Below, in pieces: positions 59,396 through 64,000 of a DNA stretch of 64,000 nucleotides; positions within the stretch are counted from its first letter, which is position 1, and each line of letters opens with the position of its first letter. Below the pieces are notes generated by a model. The model was not told the origin of the DNA. It made no database searches and saw nothing but the letters and a program-made list of their open reading frames with translations. Position numbers and translations under genes: made by a program. The stretch spans positions 6,323-70,322 of the forward strand of contig CAYXSN010000001.1 in the NCBI GenBank assembly GCA_964467655.1, written 5' to 3'. The stretch comes from an uncultured Candidatus Saccharimonadales bacterium. Lineage in GTDB: Bacteria > Patescibacteriota > Saccharimonadia > UBA4664.

Positions 59396-60589
59396 TTATT
59401 TGCCTTCTTCGGTGCCGGCGTTAATAGCATCGAGCAGTGAGTTCTCCAGGTCGCGGGGTGAGGCCGGGCGGGCCTTGGGTTCTGAGCTAGCGTCGGCGGC
59501 GTCGGCCGTGGCTTCAACCCTTGATTCATCGGCCGAGATAATGTCGATGTTCCAGCCTGTCAGCTTGGCGGCCAGCCTGACGTTTTGACCTTGCTTGCCA
59601 ATCGCGAGCGACAATTGGTCTTCGGGTACCCTGACGACAGCTTTTTTCTCGGTTTCATTCAGCGAAACACTGGTGACTTTGGTTGGCGATAAAGCATTGG
59701 CGATAAAAATCGACGGGTCCTCGGCGAACGGAATAATGTCAATTTTCTCCTCGCCTAAGTCGCCCATGACGGCCTGCACGCGTGAACCGCGGCCGCCCAC
59801 AAAAGTACCGACTGCATCTACACCTGGCGCATGGGATTCCACGGCTACCTTTGACCTGACCCCGGCTTCTCGGGCGATGGCCTTGATCTCGACGGTACCA
59901 CCCTCAATCTCCGGCACTTCGAGCTCAAACAAGTGGCGAACCATGTTGGCATGAGCTCGACTCAACACAATTTGGGGCCCACGTAGGGTTTGCTCGACTC
60001 GAACAACATAAACTTTGACCCTTTGACCGGTGTAATATCGCTCGCCGGGTATTTGCTCACCGCCAAACATCACACCAACGGCTTTACCGAGATCAACATA
60101 CACTTGGTTGCCTTCAACTCGCTGAACACTGCCATTGAGCACCAGCCCTTCTTTGTCCTTGTATTCGGAGAAAATGATCTCTCTTTCGGCCTCACGCAGG
60201 CGCTGGATTATGACCTGCTTTGCCGTTTGGGCGGCGACTCGACCAAAGTCATCGGGATGAGCTTCTATAGTAACCGTATATGGCTCAATTTCTTTTTCGG
60301 GATCGGCTTCCCGAACCACGGCTTGCTTATCGATTTTTTTAGCCTCAGTCAAGCCGATCTGCAGAAATTCATTTTCGACGGCATCATCGGGCACCACTAC
60401 TTTGGTCTCGAAGATGTGAGCTTCACCGGTAATTTCGTCAAGCTTGACCCTCACTTCTTGGTCGCGGTCGGTGTAATCTTTTTTGTAGGCCGCAGCCAAA
60501 GCCGCTTCGACAGTTTCAACGATAATGTCGCGGGGTAGGTTCTTTTCTTCGGCAATGGTGGTTATGGCGGTCATGAAATTGGCTTGCAT
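59396..60589 (-). CDS. nusA: Transcription termination/antitermination factor NusA
   Basis: 397-aa ORF with N-terminal RNAP-binding domain, S1 domain and two KH domains (GVDAVGTFVGGRGSRVQAV...GKQGQNVRLAAKLTGWNIDI). No rimP or infB nearby. Confidence 0.9.
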   Translation of the reverse strand: MQANFMTAITTIAEEKNLPRDIIVETVEAALAAAYKKDYTDRDQEVRVKLDEITGEAHIFETKVVVPDDAVENEFLQIGLTEAKKIDKQAVVREADPEKEIEPYTVTIEAHPDDFGRVAAQTAKQVIIQRLREAEREIIFSEYKDKEGLVLNGSVQRVEGNQVYVDLGKAVGVMFGGEQIPGERYYTGQRVKVYVVRVEQTLRGPQIVLSRAHANMVRHLFELEVPEIEGGTVEIKAIAREAGVRSKVAVESHAPGVDAVGTFVGGRGSRVQAVMGDLGEEKIDIIPFAEDPSIFIANALSPTKVTSVSLNETEKKAVVRVPEDQLSLAIGKQGQNVRLAAKLTGWNIDIISADESRVEATADAADASSEPKARPASPRDLENSLLDAINAGTEEGK

Positions 60590-60703
60590 ATTCAGTTGTC
60601 CTTGCTATGTAATTGTGACGTTATGAAAAAAGGCCCGACCACAACGGCCGGTTTATGAGGACTATTATAGCACGGGTTTGGTTCGGTGGCTATGGTAGCG
60701 GTT

Positions 60704-61156
60704 TTAGGATGACTGCTTGGCCGGTGCCAGCCGCGTGACACCAATCCTGACCATGAGCAGCGTGATAATAATGATTGATAACCCGGCAGCTTCGGATAGA
60801 CGAGGGTGCCGGAACCACAGACTAATGACTTCATTGAGCATGATGATGAGGATGGTGTCAACAATGTAGCGAACCTGAACATACCCGTCTTTGAGATACC
60901 CGAGGATGGTGATCGCAACTTCGGTAAGCGCTAAAATAAAGACGGCATCGAGCAAGACTAGTTGCAGGATGGTTTCCAGAGGCTGACCGAGATTGCGATA
61001 GAGGTCAATTCCGGCTTTGATGATACCGATAAACAAAGCCACACACGTGATAGCTAGCAATATATTTAAACCCAGTCTAATGAGCGTGGCATACCACAAG
61101 CTGACCCTGTCAAAATACTTTTCGTGTTCAGGCTCAAGCTCCATAGTTTGCTTCAT
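60704..61156 (-). CDS. Small polytopic membrane protein, PsiE-like (tentative)
   Basis: 150-aa ORF with 4 TM helices. Size, topology and the RYIVDTILIIMLNEV segment resemble PsiE (RYFVYIGITAIVRLIIVDH). Confidence 0.35.
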   Translation of the reverse strand: MKQTMELEPEHEKYFDRVSLWYATLIRLGLNILLAITCVALFIGIIKAGIDLYRNLGQPLETILQLVLLDAVFILALTEVAITILGYLKDGYVQVRYIVDTILIIMLNEVISLWFRHPRLSEAAGLSIIIITLLMVRIGVTRLAPAKQSS

Positions 61157-61197
61157 ATCTCATTCCAGTATACGCTATTTTCAATGATGAATGGAGC

Positions 61198-63795
61198 ATG
61201 CGAGTGGCAGTTGTCAGGTTAGTTGATACGGTTGTACCAGAGCATTATGCACTGGCCTTCACAATAGCCGACGACGTTTCTAGCTTTGGAGCGCGCGAAA
61301 CGATTGTCTTTACGATCAGTAGGGCCACGAAGAACCTCACATTTCATGCGGCAGGCTTAACGGTTACGGCTGCGAGTATCGGTGGAGTGCCGGTGGCAAA
61401 AATCAGCTACAACGAAGCCGACCAGACTATTAGCTTTGGCTTAGCCGACAAGTTGCCGGCTGGACGCCAGACATTGGCTGTGGAGTATGAAGGCACCATT
61501 CAGGATTCGCTCCATGGTTTTTACCGGGCGACCTATAACGAGGGTGGTACTGCTCACTGGTTTTTGATGACTCAGTTTGAAGCCATTCACGCCCGTGAGG
61601 CATTCATTTGTGTTGATGAACCCTCGGCCAAGGCTGTATTTGAACTCACACTCAATTTTGCCGACAAACCCGGGCTGGTGGCATTGGCGAATACTCCGGT
61701 CGCCAACGAGACGGTGGTAGCCGGACGGCGAACTATCGGTTTTGCGCCAACTCCCAAAATGAGCACATACCTCCTGGCCTGGGTGGTTAGTCGGCTCACC
61801 CACACCACTGCCCGCACCAGCAACGGCGTAGCTGTGGGGGTATATGCCACGCCCGCTCACGCCGATGGCCTCGACTACGCCCGTGACATAGCAATCAGGA
61901 TATTAGAGCATTACGAAGCCTATTTTGCCGTGCCATATCCACTACCCAAACTCGACTTGGTGGCATGTCCCAACTTTGCGGCCGGCGCCATGGAAAACTG
62001 GGGCCTGGTCACCTACCGCGAAACTGATTTGCTAGTTGATGCCGTCAATACCTCATTGGCGAACAAGCAACGAGTAACTGAGGTTATCGCTCATGAGTTG
62101 GCTCACCAGTGGTTTGGTGATCTTGTAACCATGAGCTGGTGGGAAGATTTGTGGCTCAATGAGAGCTTTGCCTCATGGGCCGAGACTATGACGGTTGACG
62201 CTCTCGAACCTGGGTGGCAATGGTGGACCGAGTACACGGCTGGACTGGGTGCCTATGCCCGGGAAATTGACAGCCTCATACATACCCATCCCATCTTGGT
62301 GGATGTGCCCGATCCCAAAGGTCTCGATGAAATTTTTGATGCCATATCATATTTCAAAGGCCAAGGATTAATCAGGATGCTCGAAGCGTTTCTGGGCGCC
62401 GAAGTCTTCAAACAGGGCTTGAGAACATATATCAAGCATCATGCCTACGGCAACGCAACGACAACTGATTTGTGGCAAGCTTTAGCTGAGGCTTCGGGAC
62501 AAGATGTGGCGACACTGATGAACACCTGGACCACCCAGCCAGGGTACCCACTCGTGAGCTACCCGAATGGTAGGATTGATGCCACCAGATTTATTGCTAG
62601 CCCCCGCGAAGCCTGGCAGGCTGCCGCCAACCTGCCCGTGGTAGCTTGGCAAATTCCATGGTCGGCCCTGGTATCCGATGCTTCAGGTGCCATATTCGCC
62701 ACCCAGCCAACCCTTTTGACCGGAACTTCGGCTAGCCGACCAGCGGCGCTCAAAGGTGTTGCCTGGTTTAAGCCGAATCCGGGCGAGCAAGGATTTTGGC
62801 GGTCATTGTACGACCAGCACCTACTCAAGCAGCTGAGACCGGCTCTTGAGAGTCAACTACTGCCGGCGGCCGACAGGTATGGTGTAATTTCAGACATGTG
62901 GGCAGTCGTGGCTGCGGGATACACCGATACAGCCGTTGCGCTGGAGATGGTGGCGACCCTACGATCGGAGCCTGACTATTTTGCCCTGGTCGCTCTCCTC
63001 AATGGATTTGGTGACATGCTCGCAATCGTCGAAGACGAAGCGCTGCGTGATCAGCTCAAGATCTTTGGCCGCTGGCTCGTTCGTGGGCATTATGAAAGGT
63101 TGGGCTGGCAAGCCAGAGCCACTGATAGCCATTTCGATATCCTCCTGCGAGCGGCTATTCTCATGGCAGCTGTCAAATTTGAAGTGACTGGCGCTAGCGA
63201 CGAGGCCCAACGACTATTCGTAGATTATGCCCACGGTGGATCCCTCGATGCTAATGTCAGGGCTGCGGTACTCTACGGAGTTGCTCACCGTGGCGGCGTG
63301 GCGGAGTATGAGCAGCTGCTTGCACTTTACCGGCGCGAGACGGCTCCTCAAGCGCGACAGGCCCAGCTCGTCAATTTGGGCCGCTTCCAAGACCCGGCAC
63401 TGGCTGCCCGCACATTAGATTGGTCACTCAGCAACGAGGTCAAGTCACAGGACTTAGTTTATGGACTGAGCGGTGTCTGGCGTACCCGCGCTCACCGTGA
63501 TCTGGCCTGGCAACACCTGCAGCAATCATGGCCGCAGTTGGTTGAGCGCTTTGGCGACGGTGGCCACATGCTTGATCGCTTTCCTGAGTTTGCCGGTAGC
63601 GCTTTTGCCACTCATGCCCAGGCCGATGACGTAGAGGCCTTTTTTGCCCGCAACCACCACGTCATGATTGACCGTCCTGCCGCCCAGGCGGTTGAGTCGA
63701 TCAGACTGAAAGCCGATTGGTATAACCGAGACAGGGCGTCAATTCAACGTTTTGCGCACGAGTGGCTTCAAGAGAACAAGGCATTTGCAATATAA
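61198..63795 (+). CDS. pepN: Aminopeptidase N (M1 family zinc metallopeptidase)
   Basis: 865-aa ORF with GAMEN exopeptidase motif (FAAGAMENWGL), zinc motif HELAHQWFGDLVTMSWWEDLWLNESFASW and C-terminal ERAP1-like helical domain. Confidence 0.9.
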   Translation: MRVAVVRLVDTVVPEHYALAFTIADDVSSFGARETIVFTISRATKNLTFHAAGLTVTAASIGGVPVAKISYNEADQTISFGLADKLPAGRQTLAVEYEGTIQDSLHGFYRATYNEGGTAHWFLMTQFEAIHAREAFICVDEPSAKAVFELTLNFADKPGLVALANTPVANETVVAGRRTIGFAPTPKMSTYLLAWVVSRLTHTTARTSNGVAVGVYATPAHADGLDYARDIAIRILEHYEAYFAVPYPLPKLDLVACPNFAAGAMENWGLVTYRETDLLVDAVNTSLANKQRVTEVIAHELAHQWFGDLVTMSWWEDLWLNESFASWAETMTVDALEPGWQWWTEYTAGLGAYAREIDSLIHTHPILVDVPDPKGLDEIFDAISYFKGQGLIRMLEAFLGAEVFKQGLRTYIKHHAYGNATTTDLWQALAEASGQDVATLMNTWTTQPGYPLVSYPNGRIDATRFIASPREAWQAAANLPVVAWQIPWSALVSDASGAIFATQPTLLTGTSASRPAALKGVAWFKPNPGEQGFWRSLYDQHLLKQLRPALESQLLPAADRYGVISDMWAVVAAGYTDTAVALEMVATLRSEPDYFALVALLNGFGDMLAIVEDEALRDQLKIFGRWLVRGHYERLGWQARATDSHFDILLRAAILMAAVKFEVTGASDEAQRLFVDYAHGGSLDANVRAAVLYGVAHRGGVAEYEQLLALYRRETAPQARQAQLVNLGRFQDPALAARTLDWSLSNEVKSQDLVYGLSGVWRTRAHRDLAWQHLQQSWPQLVERFGDGGHMLDRFPEFAGSAFATHAQADDVEAFFARNHHVMIDRPAAQAVESIRLKADWYNRDRASIQRFAHEWLQENKAFAI

Positions 63796-64000
63796 GTTAT
63801 CTCAGGCCCGTCGAGCGGGCCATCGATAGCCACTATGTCGATTTGCCAGGCACCAGTATACTGATGGGCTTGGCACCAGGCATTAGCTGCCCGGGCCAGT
63901 CTGTCGGCCTTGGCTGACAGAATATACTCGGTGGCGCTCCCCCATTGCTTTGAGGCCCGATATTTGACCTCAACTATGTGGATGACATTCTGGCGCCGCG
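63768..64000 (-). CDS. YraN/UPF0102 family putative endonuclease, 5'-truncated at window edge
   Basis: Manual minus-strand translation gives ...VIHIVEVKYRASKQWGSATEYILSAKADRLARAANAWCQAHQYTGAWQIDIVAIDGPLDGPEITYIANALFS*. The EVK.R and trailing hydrophobic motifs match the YraN family. Overlaps the pepN 3' end by about 28 nt. Confidence 0.5.
   Translation of the reverse strand, partial: RRQNVIHIVEVKYRASKQWGSATEYILSAKADRLARAANAWCQAHQYTGAWQIDIVAIDGPLDGPEITYIANALFS

Noticed and set aside
1-64000. Search for CRISPR arrays, rRNA genes, integrase, transposase or reverse-transcriptase genes
   Set aside because: No regularly spaced direct repeats with unique spacers were seen, and no integrase, transposase or RT motifs in any ORF. 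RNase HI at 17903-18328 is a stand-alone housekeeping type with no RT domain.

Overview
This 64-kb window is the conserved bacterial ribosomal-protein / RNA-polymerase / elongation-factor mega-cluster, almost all on the minus strand, interrupted by four accessory insertions (positions are positional evidence only; promoter/terminator calls are by eye). The backbone reads rpoB-rpoC-rpsL-rpsG ... fusA ... tuf ... rpsJ ... rplC-rplD-rplW-rplB-rpsS-rplV-rpsC-rplP-rpmC-rpsQ-rplN-rplX-rplE-rpsZ-rpsH-rplF-rplR-rpsE-rplO-secY-infA-rpmJ-rpsM-rpsK-rpsD-rpoA-rplQ-rplM-rpsI. The right-hand part carries tig-clpP, two MFS transporters, a tRNA-Leu(TAG), rsmD, recG, tyrS, a class A PBP, a clpC-radA-yacL block, nusA and pepN. 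GC is about 55-58 percent. rpmD (L30) is absent (rpsE and rplO overlap by 4 nt), adk and map are absent between secY and infA, and S14 is the short zinc-ribbon type Z. These are consistent with a reduced-genome Patescibacteria/CPR-like organism, but that is an inference. The usually contiguous fusA-tuf-rpsJ-rplC string is split into separately transcribed units by four inserts: (i) 5.6 kb between rpsG and fusA (Mpl ligase, Nudix, ABC-F ATPase, PPC/DUF296 protein, hypotheticals, plus a small plus-strand mini-unit); (ii) 1.4 kb between fusA and tuf (a 151-aa hypothetical plus a Nudix hydrolase under a strong sigma70-like promoter, with a terminator after fusA); (iii) 1.1 kb between tuf and rpsJ (a conspicuously low-GC 329-aa ORFan with its own promoter, flanked by terminators); (iv) 4.7 kb between rpsJ and rplC (rnhA, a secreted protein, a membrane protein, a nucleosidase-like protein, rarA). 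Separately, a roughly 0.8-kb low-GC mini-island carrying a single P-loop kinase-like gene lies at the 3' end of tRNA-Leu, flanked by a direct repeat of the tRNA 3' end. No CRISPR array, rRNA gene, integrase or transposase was seen.
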